The notes under the pieces: model-generated
Seen by the model: only the letters and a program-made list of their open reading frames with translations
Database searches by the model: none
What the model was told of the DNA's origin: nothing
IMG/VR virus record: IMGVR_UViG_3300009514_001431
Source: an uncultured virus (IMG/VR IMGVR_UViG_3300009514_001431)
Lineage: Duplodnaviria; Heunggongvirae; Uroviricota; Caudoviricetes
Direction: 5' to 3' (one strand)
DNA: 64,000 nucleotides
Shown here: positions 27,808 through 36,183 of the stretch, piece after piece
How the letters are laid out: each line of letters begins with the position of its first letter
How positions within the stretch are numbered: the first letter of the stretch is position 1
Translations under genes and position numbers: made by a program

Positions 27808-28107
27808 TCACCGACGAATGACAACGGCGCCGTTGTAGTTGGCCCCACAGGAGAACACGCGCCCGTTGGCGATCTTGCACGCTTTCCAGGTGCCACTCTC
27901 CTGCGCCGGGGCCGTTCCTTGGAACGAGCCTCCGCACGTCTGTACGCGCCCGTTGGCGATCGAGCACCGTCGATACAGCCCATTGTGCTGGACCACTGCG
28001 TTGCCTTGGTAGCTCACTGCATCACAGGTGAAGATCGAACCACTCACGACCCGGCACTCTTTGTAGGTGCCTCCGAACGAGAGCGCGGCGATCAGCAATC
28101 CGATCAT
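27808..28107 (-). CDS. secreted protein with three Cys-paired internal repeats
   Basis: signal peptide then 3 x [YW]xxC.[VI]..G.[VI].[TS]C...[YF][QN]G. Confidence 0.75.
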   Translation of the reverse strand: MIGLLIAALSFGGTYKECRVVSGSIFTCDAVSYQGNAVVQHNGLYRRCSIANGRVQTCGGSFQGTAPAQESGTWKACKIANGRVFSCGANYNGAVVIRR

Positions 28108-28116
28108 CGACCTACC

Positions 28117-28143
28117 TTACGCCGAGCCGAAACGGATCGAAAC
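28117..28143 (-). promoter_or_regulatory. putative promoter GTTTC-N15-GGCGTAA
   Basis: + strand ttacgcc(28117-23) N15 gaaac(28139-43). Confidence 0.7.
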
Positions 28144-28431
28144 CTAATTCCACAGATCGGGCACGTACTCGTCGTCAAGGATCATCTCGCCGATCATGTC
28201 GGCGATGTGCGAGTAGACGGCGGTACGCGCCCGCTCAATGTCGTCGTCGTCAAGGAACCCTTCGCCGACCTCGGAGCCATCCGAGAAGGTGAACGAGCCG
28301 GTCGTGACAAGGTAGTGGGAGCCCCACGCGCGAATCTGAAAATGGATCAGAATCTTCTCGTCGTCCGAGAAGCGGATCCCAACTACAACCGGCTTCCATC
28401 CTTCGCCGTCTTGTAGGTCGAGCGTGTCCAT
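28144..28431 (-). CDS. small acidic hypothetical protein
   Basis: 95 aa, D/E-rich. Confidence 0.65.
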   Translation of the reverse strand: MDTLDLQDGEGWKPVVVGIRFSDDEKILIHFQIRAWGSHYLVTTGSFTFSDGSEVGEGFLDDDDIERARTAVYSHIADMIGEMILDDEYVPDLWN

Positions 28432-28469
28432 GCGTCCAAAACGGGGAACGCATAGCCGCGCCCGTGACG

Positions 28470-28673
28470 CTACTTACTGGACGGATCAGCGTCGATCGGG
28501 AACACCATGTAGTAGGTGTCCTCGCCGTTTTCTCCTGTCGCCTCGGTGCCGTTCGATGTGTACTCGTTGTAGTGCCGATCAGCTTCGGCTTCGGACAACG
28601 GATCGGTCAGGGTTGACCAACGCTTTGTAGTCCCGTCCCACATTCGGACGACGAATTGCTTGTCTTGAGTCAT
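28470..28673 (-). CDS. small protein paralogous to the C-terminal domain of 464..904
   Basis: from MTQDKQFVVRMWDG, ATGA overlap. Confidence 0.7.
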   Translation of the reverse strand: MTQDKQFVVRMWDGTTKRWSTLTDPLSEAEADRHYNEYTSNGTEATGENGEDTYYMVFPIDADPSSK

Positions 28674-29371
28674 GGTGTGTGTTCTGCATGAGCAGATCTC
28701 TCCACCCCTAGGAACGCCGAGCCAACGGGCCGGGAAACCTGAGCCCTCCACAGCCCGCTCAGACGGCTCAATTCGGCTTTCACGACCTGCTCCAAGGCGA
28801 CGATCTCCCCGCGCTTATACCGCATCCCCTCAGAGGCCCCACGAGTGTCCTGGGTGAGCCGAAGGGCCGTGCGGTCGAAGGCGTTGACCTGGCTCAAAAA
28901 CCCGTCCTCGTCGCACACAGAGCCCACACCATGAGCCTCGGGACACCCCGGCCCGTTCCACTCCCGCAGCACGAGCCAGGCATCTTGCGGGGAGTCGTAG
29001 TACACGGCCGGGTGCAGGGTCCGTACCCCAAGACGCGGGTAGGTCTTTCGCTTGCCGATCCGCAACGCCATCCACCGCGCGAGGCAGTCGAGGTAGTGCC
29101 GTTCGGCGGGCTCGATGTCGAGGTCAAATCCGATCTGAATCCGAGTGTACTCGGATGGCTCCGGCGCGATGGAAAACGAAGGCTCGTCGGTCAGGTCTGT
29201 CCAGGTGCGGTAGTGCTTGCCCATGAAGCTCAACATCGAACCCCGCATCGAATAGTTTGCGGCGACGACAGTCAAGCTACAAGGGTCGAGCAGTTTCCCG
29301 TCGCGGGTCTGGAGCCGGTTGCGAGCGTTGGGCACTCTCGGTGGCTGCTCTATGGTTCGTTGGTTACCCAT
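28670..29371 (-). CDS. hypothetical protein
   Basis: 233-aa ORF overlapping the tmk stop. Confidence 0.7.
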   Translation of the reverse strand: MGNQRTIEQPPRVPNARNRLQTRDGKLLDPCSLTVVAANYSMRGSMLSFMGKHYRTWTDLTDEPSFSIAPEPSEYTRIQIGFDLDIEPAERHYLDCLARWMALRIGKRKTYPRLGVRTLHPAVYYDSPQDAWLVLREWNGPGCPEAHGVGSVCDEDGFLSQVNAFDRTALRLTQDTRGASEGMRYKRGEIVALEQVVKAELSRLSGLWRAQVSRPVGSAFLGVERSAHAEHTP

Positions 29372-29984
29372 TGTCCCTCAGATGCCTGCGGCACAGATCG
29401 ATCAGTTGGGTCGTGATCATGTTCGGTGCCTGGTTCGCGTTGATCAGGTGCGCGTAGGAGTGCTCGGCCGCCCACCGCTGAAACTCCTTACGCACACGAG
29501 CCTGAAACTCAGCGTCCTTCTCGTAGTCATCCTCGTGTTTGCGCTCGGCTGCCGGGAAACCCACCCCGTCGAGGACAAACACGAGGTCAGGGTCGAGTAT
29601 ACCGTCGAGCATCGCAGCCGTCTGCTCGTCGCTCACACCAGTCGCGCGACCGTACACCCACGTCGAGGCAGACCATCGGTCGAGAATGATCGCGTCAAAG
29701 TGTTGCGCAAGGTTGGGTAGAAACTGCGACTGGAACACACGTCGGTTCGTCGCCTGGATCGTCTGGAACAGGACCGGGTGCTTCACGGCCCTGCCGTCGA
29801 ACAGCATCTTGTAGATTAGGTCGCGGGTGATGCCGTCCTTGTAGGGAATTTCCTCGGTGATGGCTTTCATTCCGAGCGTTGGCAGCGCTGTTTCCAGCCT
29901 GGCTGCTTGCGTTGCCTTACCGAGCTTGTCAGGCCCCTCGATGGCGATCAGGTAACACTCGTTTCCGTTACGTGCTTTGAACAT
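29364..29984 (-). CDS. tmk: thymidylate (dTMP) kinase
   Basis: IAIEGPDKLGKATQ P-loop, IILDRW..S..VYG, PDLVFVLD, YE...FQ..VR. Confidence 0.92.
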   Translation of the reverse strand: MFKARNGNECYLIAIEGPDKLGKATQAARLETALPTLGMKAITEEIPYKDGITRDLIYKMLFDGRAVKHPVLFQTIQATNRRVFQSQFLPNLAQHFDAIILDRWSASTWVYGRATGVSDEQTAAMLDGILDPDLVFVLDGVGFPAAERKHEDDYEKDAEFQARVRKEFQRWAAEHSYAHLINANQAPNMITTQLIDLCRRHLRDNG

Positions 29985-29988
29985 CTGG

Positions 29989-30357
29989 CTAGCCCCCTGT
30001 GCGGTCCCGGTGTTTCATCTCGGCGGCACGCGAAATCGATCGGATGATCGTGTAGTGCGTCGTCAGCCCGATCTGTTCGACGTGGTGAAACCAACCCATG
30101 TCGAACATCTCCGTCGCCAGTACCTCTAGTTTTTCAATGATCGATGCGTACAAACGTCTGTAGGGGTCTGCCGATCCTTCTGGACAGGACGCCAAGTGAG
30201 ACTCCACATCCTCCCTGTCTGGCGTTGTGCCTACGAAGCTCGACACGATTTGCGTGTGTTGCTTGAGCGTTCTCTCGGCACACAGGACCAAACCTGGCCC
30301 TTCGGGGTTGGGTTTCACGTACCAACCTTGGCAAACGATTACGGTCCAGTCATCCAT
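29989..30357 (-). CDS. hypothetical protein
   Basis: 122-aa ORF. Confidence 0.6.
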   Translation of the reverse strand: MDDWTVIVCQGWYVKPNPEGPGLVLCAERTLKQHTQIVSSFVGTTPDREDVESHLASCPEGSADPYRRLYASIIEKLEVLATEMFDMGWFHHVEQIGLTTHYTIIRSISRAAEMKHRDRTGG

Positions 30358-30421
30358 ACGCGAGAGGGGTGCAGGTCTAAGCCTACACCCCTCTATACCC
30401 CCGCGCGAGGCGAAGCGTGCG

Positions 30422-31759
30422 TCACTTTTGAGTCACGACCGCGATCGTTCGATTACGCGAGCGCACTTTCGGCTCGCTGTCGGGGTATTTGCGCTCCAGA
30501 GGCTCGGGCCTGAGCAGACCCTTGGCCTCGGCTTTGGCGCGCATGTGAGCGAGGATGGCTTCTCGATCCGATCGGATCCGCTTGCCCTTCTCGTCCTTTG
30601 TGTACCGGCGTTTTCCGCCCCGCATGTGGGTTTCGTAGCGGTCGAATTTGGTTCCGAAGCTCGGCTTCGCATCCCAATCGATCGCGTTGTCGTAGTGCGC
30701 AGTCGCCATGAGCTTGCGCCACGCGGGACCGAGCTTGGCGTCGCTGCACTTGCCACGAGCGAACCGGCGAACGACCCCGCGAGCGGTGCCACCGTCCGAA
30801 CCCCACCGTTCCGCATCCTTGGCGGTCAGGTTCTCGCACTCGGCTTGCTGGTTCCGCAGAGCCCATACGATCGTGATGGTGGCGATGATTCCCTCGTCCC
30901 CGCAGAGCACCCACGGTGGAGCCTGGCGGTCCCACAGGTGCGTATAGAGCACGGCATTCATCCCGTACAGGCCGTAGCCGAACGCCCACACGGAGCGCTG
31001 CTCTTGCCACTCGCTCTCGGGGAATTTCTCGCCTCGGTGCTCCCGCTCAGGGATCCGGTACGTGTACTCAAGCTCGTCGTCCCAATGGGGGTTCCCCTTG
31101 TAGAGTCGAATGTCTCCGAGGCGAGCCTTCACGCCCCAAAATTTCTTCCCCCGTGCGTCGAGGGTTTCAAGCTGGCGCTCTAGGGCTGCCTCCGTGCTTG
31201 CGTGGTACGAGTGCTTGCGCCACGCATCGGAGTTGGCCTCCAGGTCGCGGTTGAGAATGTGGATGGCCTCGCTGTTCTTGGAGGACTCATGTGCCGCGAT
31301 CATCTCGACAAGGTGTTGCCCCGCCGTGTTGGCCCCCATCTCCTTCGCCACCATGCGGACAAGCTCGGCGGTGCGTCGCGTGTCCTTGTTTGATCGCTTG
31401 AATCGAAGGCGGCGGTACCTGATCGGGTACACCATCTCTCCGTGCTTGTTCTTGACCTTCCGTGTGCTTTCGACAACACGAAACGTCTCGCAGTGGTTGG
31501 GATAGTCCTGCCATGGGCTTCTCTTGATCGTGGCAGGGGTTGGGGTTGTCTTGCGTGGAATGACGGTGCGGTTTGCTTCACTCGCCTCGGCGTGTGAGTC
31601 AATTTCTACCAGAGTCTCACTCAGCCCTTCGCTCTTGTTGTCCTCGTTTGGCGTGACCGCAGTTTCGATCTCACCGCCAACAGTGGCACCGAGATTTCCG
31701 AGCAGTACGAGAAACAGGAGAGCAACAATTGCAAGGGTGGGTTTGAACAGTCGAGTCAT
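30422..31759 (-). CDS. membrane-anchored or secreted protein, possible lysozyme-like/lytic transglycosylase fold
   Basis: N-terminal hydrophobic segment; IAAHESS (catalytic-Glu-like) and GYGLYGMN (GLxQ-like). Confidence 0.5.
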   Translation of the reverse strand: MTRLFKPTLAIVALLFLVLLGNLGATVGGEIETAVTPNEDNKSEGLSETLVEIDSHAEASEANRTVIPRKTTPTPATIKRSPWQDYPNHCETFRVVESTRKVKNKHGEMVYPIRYRRLRFKRSNKDTRRTAELVRMVAKEMGANTAGQHLVEMIAAHESSKNSEAIHILNRDLEANSDAWRKHSYHASTEAALERQLETLDARGKKFWGVKARLGDIRLYKGNPHWDDELEYTYRIPEREHRGEKFPESEWQEQRSVWAFGYGLYGMNAVLYTHLWDRQAPPWVLCGDEGIIATITIVWALRNQQAECENLTAKDAERWGSDGGTARGVVRRFARGKCSDAKLGPAWRKLMATAHYDNAIDWDAKPSFGTKFDRYETHMRGGKRRYTKDEKGKRIRSDREAILAHMRAKAEAKGLLRPEPLERKYPDSEPKVRSRNRTIAVVTQK

Positions 31760-31799
31760 GGATGGCTCCTTGTTCGGGTTACGAACGATAGGCCCTGTC

Positions 31800-31880
31800 T
31801 CAGAAGCAGTGGGCCGCTTGGCTCAGTGCAACGATGCAGACGAGTGCAAAAACGAATTTGAGTGCCTTCTCGTCAGACAT
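31800..31880 (-). CDS. possible 26-aa hydrophobic peptide
   Basis: MSDEKALKFVFALVCIVALSQAAHCF* in an otherwise empty gap. Confidence 0.3.
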   Translation of the reverse strand: MSDEKALKFVFALVCIVALSQAAHCF

Positions 31881-32055
31881 CACAGCGCCGTAGTAGAGAA
31901 ATTCGTACAAGCGAATTACCGCGCTCCAGCGAGTGTTCGGGAGCTACGTGAGGGTTCGCATGGGAATTCGGGATGCGTCGGACGTTTTTACGCCACTGTC
32001 GCCTCACCGTACCGCGCTCGTTGTCACCCCGAGATCAGGGTGTGTGGATCCTCGA

Positions 32056-35034
32056 TTACGGCTCTATCCGCACCTGATAGCCCCGAGCAGTGAGCATTTC
32101 GATCATCTCTGCCAGGTCGCCTTTGACCTCGCTTACGCGGAGCGTGATAAATTTTTCGTCCGCATCGGGATCGTTCACTGGTTCAGGTTTCGGATCAGGG
32201 GCACTTTCGATCGTGACCTCGGGCTCAGGTGCGGCAGGTTTCGGTGCCACGGTGCGAGCAGCGATGGCCGATTTTTCGATCGTGATTTCGGGCTCAGGCT
32301 CGGGCTCAGGCTCGGTCGCCTTCTCTCCGGTGACGGACTCGATGTACCGATCCAACGACGCTCGATCGACCAAGATCGGAGCAGCCTCGGTGTTCTCCAT
32401 CTGACACGCCTCGATGTCACCGGACAGGAGCAAGCTGCGGAACCCCGTGAGACTCACGGGGTTGCTGACACGAGCCAGGTAGTATTCGTATGCCTCACCC
32501 GTGGTGAGCGTGGTGTCGTTGCGCCTCTCGGGCCGGGGTGCCGGGGATCCACTGGCCGCTCGACGGCGACGAGTCGCCTTGGAGCCCCGCGTCGTGCGAC
32601 GACGGAGCTTGGAGAAATAGTCCTCAACGTCCTGGCGACACACGAGGTACGGGCCGCCACCGTTGGGGCCGGTGCGCTTGGACAGGATCCTGCCCTCGTA
32701 CACGAGGCGCTTGAACGTGCTCAAGAGCATCACCTTGGGGATAATGTCTCCGCATCGCTTGAACACCGACTCGATCTTGTCGTAGCGGCGGCGCGGCGAC
32801 GGCAGCATGGTCTGGGCCAGGAACCGATCCACAGATCGCAGATCCACCATCCATTTCATCTTGGAGGGGTGCGGGGTCTTGGAGTCATGGACCTTCACGC
32901 CACGGATCGACTGGTCGGCCACCTTGGAGTGGAACCAGCTTTTGCTCAGCGGCTTGTCTACTTTCGTCCGGTAGTGGTCGTAAGCCACGGACAACTCGAC
33001 CAAGCCCTCGGTCTGCGGAGAGATGCGGGGTTCCACGGTGTTCGTGGAAAGACCCTGCTCTGGGTCGGCCTGACGGGCGTGTCCTCGACGGCGCAGGAAA
33101 TCGTCAATGTCCTCCCGATCGAATCCGAGAATGTGCGGATTGCCGGTCGCCTTGCGGATCGCCTTGACGATGTGGTTGGAAGCGTACCGCATGAAAGAGG
33201 CGTAGCTGATCGGGCTCGGATCGGACTGCGCGTAGTATTCGTATGCCTGCTCGGGATTGAGGTCGTCGGGATCGAGCCGCACCTTGAATTGGTGCTCACC
33301 ATCGACGTTGACGTTGCCGGAGGGGTGGTCGAGCAAAAACACGTCCACCGCTTCGGTGTCCACGAGCCGCTGCGAACCGCGTACCTCAGACTCGATGATC
33401 TGGTGAGCCGCATACTGACTGAACAGGGAGCGTGAAACACCGTGCGGCGCCACGCTCATGTAGTATTCGTGTGCATCCTTGATCGACAAAAGCCCTGTCG
33501 GCCCCTCGGGTGTCGGCCCCTCGGGTGTCGGTGGAGCGGGTGGGGCCGAAGGGCGAGTCGGCGGAGTGGGCGGTGTCGGCGGCGTTGCCGAGGCTACCGG
33601 GGCTACCGGGGCTACCGGGGCTGCGGGTGTCGGGGGAGGCGTTGGCGGCTTCCGCCCTGTCAGACGAGCATCCTCGCGGGGTCGCACACGAGGGAGAGGC
33701 GTGGCGGGCCTGCTGCTTTTGCCCGAGCCAACCGGCGTAGCGGTCTGCCGCTTTTTTACCAGCTTGTCGATGGATCGTTTGGACACAACCTCGATGGGCT
33801 TGCCCGAGTTGTCGAACACACCCGAGTTTTTGCGATCGAGATCAGTGCCGTTGCGAAAGACCCAATGGAACGTCGTCGCGTCCATCGGCGTCGGGTCTTT
33901 GCTCGCGTAGTATTCGTAGGCTTCTTGGCGTACCAGCCAGCCCTGCTTTTTGAGTGTGGCGAGGCGGGTCAGGAACACGTCGCCCACGGAAGCGGATAGA
34001 GGTTCCGACCGCGAACGTCGGCGTCCGGCTTTCCCCGATGGCGGACGGGCGCGAGACTCGGGAGCAGGCTTCGGCTGGACAGGCGGGGGCACAGGCCGAG
34101 CCGTGGATGCGGCCTTTTTGTGGGCGACCGACACGGGCAGGTTGTATTCGGCACGATCGAGCAGCCGGATCTCTTTGTGCTCGACCAGCGGGTAGTTGCT
34201 TACTACAAGCTCACGGGTTTGCTGCCCTCGGCGAACGGCTCGGCGACTGTAGAGGTACGGGAGATCCTGCACCATCGGCAACACATCGTCGCGGTTGCCT
34301 CCGAGGACCATCAGGAATCGACCCTTGAGGTCACAGAGCTTTTTCACAAGCTCGATGAAGCGAGAGTCGTTCAGGTTGTCCTCAAAGTGTTCTTCGGGCC
34401 ACGGCGGGTCGATGAAAAAGAACGACTCGGCGCTGTCGTAGCGATTGATCGCCGCCAGGAAATCCAGCGTCGTCAAAGCCATGTTGCCGAGTGCTCGCGC
34501 GGCCGGGCTGGCCTTGGATACGTCGCGCGGAACCTTCCACTGTGTCACATCACGACGACCCATCGTGGAGCACGAGGCGTTCATCAGGTAGATCAGGGCG
34601 GCGCACTCGATGGCCGACGCCTGCTTGGGCCGCTTCCGCGTTGCGTCGTAGTGCTCCATCACATCGGAGATCCGGCGCCCCGCAAAGTAGGTGGCTTCCT
34701 CGTAGATCTCCTTGCCGCGCCCATCGGCGACAAGCTGGTGAAAATCGAACAGGAACGGATGAATGTCGTTCCACACCACCTGCTCGTACCCGGCCTGCTT
34801 GCAGAGGATGGCTACCTCCGCCGAGCCGCCGAACAGGTCGATCACCATTTGATCGTGCGAGGGGAACAGGTCGATCAAGCTGTCGGGGGCTGCACAACCC
34901 CTCCACTTGATCGGTGATACGCGCTTCTTGGATAGTGGGTTCAACGGCATACCGGGCCTGTGTCGCTCAGAACGACGCCCAACCCTCGGCCGAAACCAAG
35001 GAACTGGCAGGAGCAGAGCCCTCCAGTTGAGCAC
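32056..35034 (-). CDS. Dam-like (D12 class) DNA adenine methyltransferase fused to about six excisionase/MerR-like HTH repeats
   Basis: PIKW.G, DLFGGS, WNDI, FIDPPW, ELVVSNY; then repeated [EQ]AYEYY..P.S...F....I...[LV]D..[SD][VI]D.[FY]L; start at 35034 (GTG) or 34950. Confidence 0.8.
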   Translation of the reverse strand: MLNWRALLLPVPWFRPRVGRRSERHRPGMPLNPLSKKRVSPIKWRGCAAPDSLIDLFPSHDQMVIDLFGGSAEVAILCKQAGYEQVVWNDIHPFLFDFHQLVADGRGKEIYEEATYFAGRRISDVMEHYDATRKRPKQASAIECAALIYLMNASCSTMGRRDVTQWKVPRDVSKASPAARALGNMALTTLDFLAAINRYDSAESFFFIDPPWPEEHFEDNLNDSRFIELVKKLCDLKGRFLMVLGGNRDDVLPMVQDLPYLYSRRAVRRGQQTRELVVSNYPLVEHKEIRLLDRAEYNLPVSVAHKKAASTARPVPPPVQPKPAPESRARPPSGKAGRRRSRSEPLSASVGDVFLTRLATLKKQGWLVRQEAYEYYASKDPTPMDATTFHWVFRNGTDLDRKNSGVFDNSGKPIEVVSKRSIDKLVKKRQTATPVGSGKSSRPATPLPRVRPREDARLTGRKPPTPPPTPAAPVAPVAPVASATPPTPPTPPTRPSAPPAPPTPEGPTPEGPTGLLSIKDAHEYYMSVAPHGVSRSLFSQYAAHQIIESEVRGSQRLVDTEAVDVFLLDHPSGNVNVDGEHQFKVRLDPDDLNPEQAYEYYAQSDPSPISYASFMRYASNHIVKAIRKATGNPHILGFDREDIDDFLRRRGHARQADPEQGLSTNTVEPRISPQTEGLVELSVAYDHYRTKVDKPLSKSWFHSKVADQSIRGVKVHDSKTPHPSKMKWMVDLRSVDRFLAQTMLPSPRRRYDKIESVFKRCGDIIPKVMLLSTFKRLVYEGRILSKRTGPNGGGPYLVCRQDVEDYFSKLRRRTTRGSKATRRRRAASGSPAPRPERRNDTTLTTGEAYEYYLARVSNPVSLTGFRSLLLSGDIEACQMENTEAAPILVDRASLDRYIESVTGEKATEPEPEPEPEITIEKSAIAARTVAPKPAAPEPEVTIESAPDPKPEPVNDPDADEKFITLRVSEVKGDLAEMIEMLTARGYQVRIEP

Positions 35035-35040
35035 TACGCC

Positions 35041-35067
35041 TTACGCCAAGTTGTATCCGATCGAAAC
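35041..35067 (-). promoter_or_regulatory. putative promoter GTTTC-N15-GGCGTAA
   Basis: + strand ttacgcc(35041-47) N15 gaaac(35063-67). Confidence 0.7.
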
Positions 35068-35361
35068 ACCCTTTTGCAGAGCGCCATACGCGCGTTTCTA
35101 CGGATGGAGTGTGAGAGGGGGTCAAAATGCCGAAAACAGGGCTCACAAGGGCTTGGAGAGTTGAATCGAGCGGGAGCACGGGGCCGGGCCAAAAGACCGA
35201 CCTCCCATAAGCGCCGGATTTATCCAGGCGCGGGCCGCTCGCTACGGGATACGGCAACGGCCTGACGCCGCCACCTTGCATAGCTACGCTGCCAGCCGGG
35301 CGCAACCCTCGCGGGCCTCCATGTTGGGCCAGACCGTGAATTCGCGGTCAGTTAAATTGCG

Positions 35362-35907
35362 TCAGCGATCAAGCCAACGAGACGCAACCCGGCCCGCACT
35401 CATGGTGACGAGCGACGGCATCCTCGTGGCTCGGATCAGGTGAGGGACGAACCCCTTGCCGAGTCGGCGCTCAGCATAGCGTTGGAAGCCCTTGAGGTCC
35501 GCAACCTTGTCCTCCCAAAAGTGGATCACATTCGCGGTTGGGATCTGCCGCGTCAGGTAGGTCATCTCGGCGATCTTGTACCCCGACGCTCGGTGATCAG
35601 ACTCGTTGAGGATCACGTCGTCGGGGTGAAGCCCTTGTTGATCCAGTAGCTCGGTGATCCTCTCTCGTAACGGGTACATGCGAGCCGTCAGGACGGCCGT
35701 GAAGGCCCGAGGTCGGGCGATGGCCTTTCGGAGCCCCTGCACGCTCTCCTTGATCCAGTAGCTCGCACCGGGCTTCTCAGGAACGTGAGGCGGCTTCATC
35801 GACGCCGGGTTCGGCCACCACTCGTCCCCGTCCGGGTAACCCGGCGGGGGCTCCGGCGAGCGGAACAGCGTCCCGTCGAAATCGAACAGATGTATCTCGG
35901 TGATCAC
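35362..35907 (-). CDS. HAD-family phosphatase (Swiss-Army-Knife RNA-repair-like HAD) with C-terminal RVASRWL tag
   Basis: FDFDGTLFRSP..WW, VLTAR, K, FWED; ends SAGRVASRWLDR. Confidence 0.8.
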   Translation of the reverse strand: MITEIHLFDFDGTLFRSPEPPPGYPDGDEWWPNPASMKPPHVPEKPGASYWIKESVQGLRKAIARPRAFTAVLTARMYPLRERITELLDQQGLHPDDVILNESDHRASGYKIAEMTYLTRQIPTANVIHFWEDKVADLKGFQRYAERRLGKGFVPHLIRATRMPSLVTMSAGRVASRWLDR

Positions 35908-36174
35908 CTAGTAGGCTTCCATCGCCGCCTTCTTGGCAGTGAGCGCGGTAAGCTGCGCGTTGCAGGCTGCGATCTGAGTGTCCACGTCGGGAATTCCGGT
36001 GGCCGTGATCCAACTGGCGATCAACGCTTGGCGGGCCGCCTCGTCTCCAGTGACGATCGTATCGATCTCAGTCTTGGCCGTTGCTCGCTTGGTGGCGTCC
36101 GCCGAGCCGAGGTCACGGAGGCACTTGGCGTGCATCTCCTTGAGGGTGTCCGTTTCAAATTGGGTGAGTGCCAT
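35908..36174 (-). CDS. small helical protein downstream of the fibre genes (possible chaperone)
   Basis: 88 aa, coiled-coil C-terminus, AGGAG RBS. Confidence 0.7.
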   Translation of the reverse strand: MALTQFETDTLKEMHAKCLRDLGSADATKRATAKTEIDTIVTGDEAARQALIASWITATGIPDVDTQIAACNAQLTALTAKKAAMEAY

Positions 36175-36183
36175 GTTGTCTCC

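Noticed and set aside
35068..35361. tRNA or ncRNA in the largest intergenic gap (also 31890-32050)
   Set aside because: No cloverleaf or convincing conserved structure visible by eye; an Infernal or tRNAscan run would settle it
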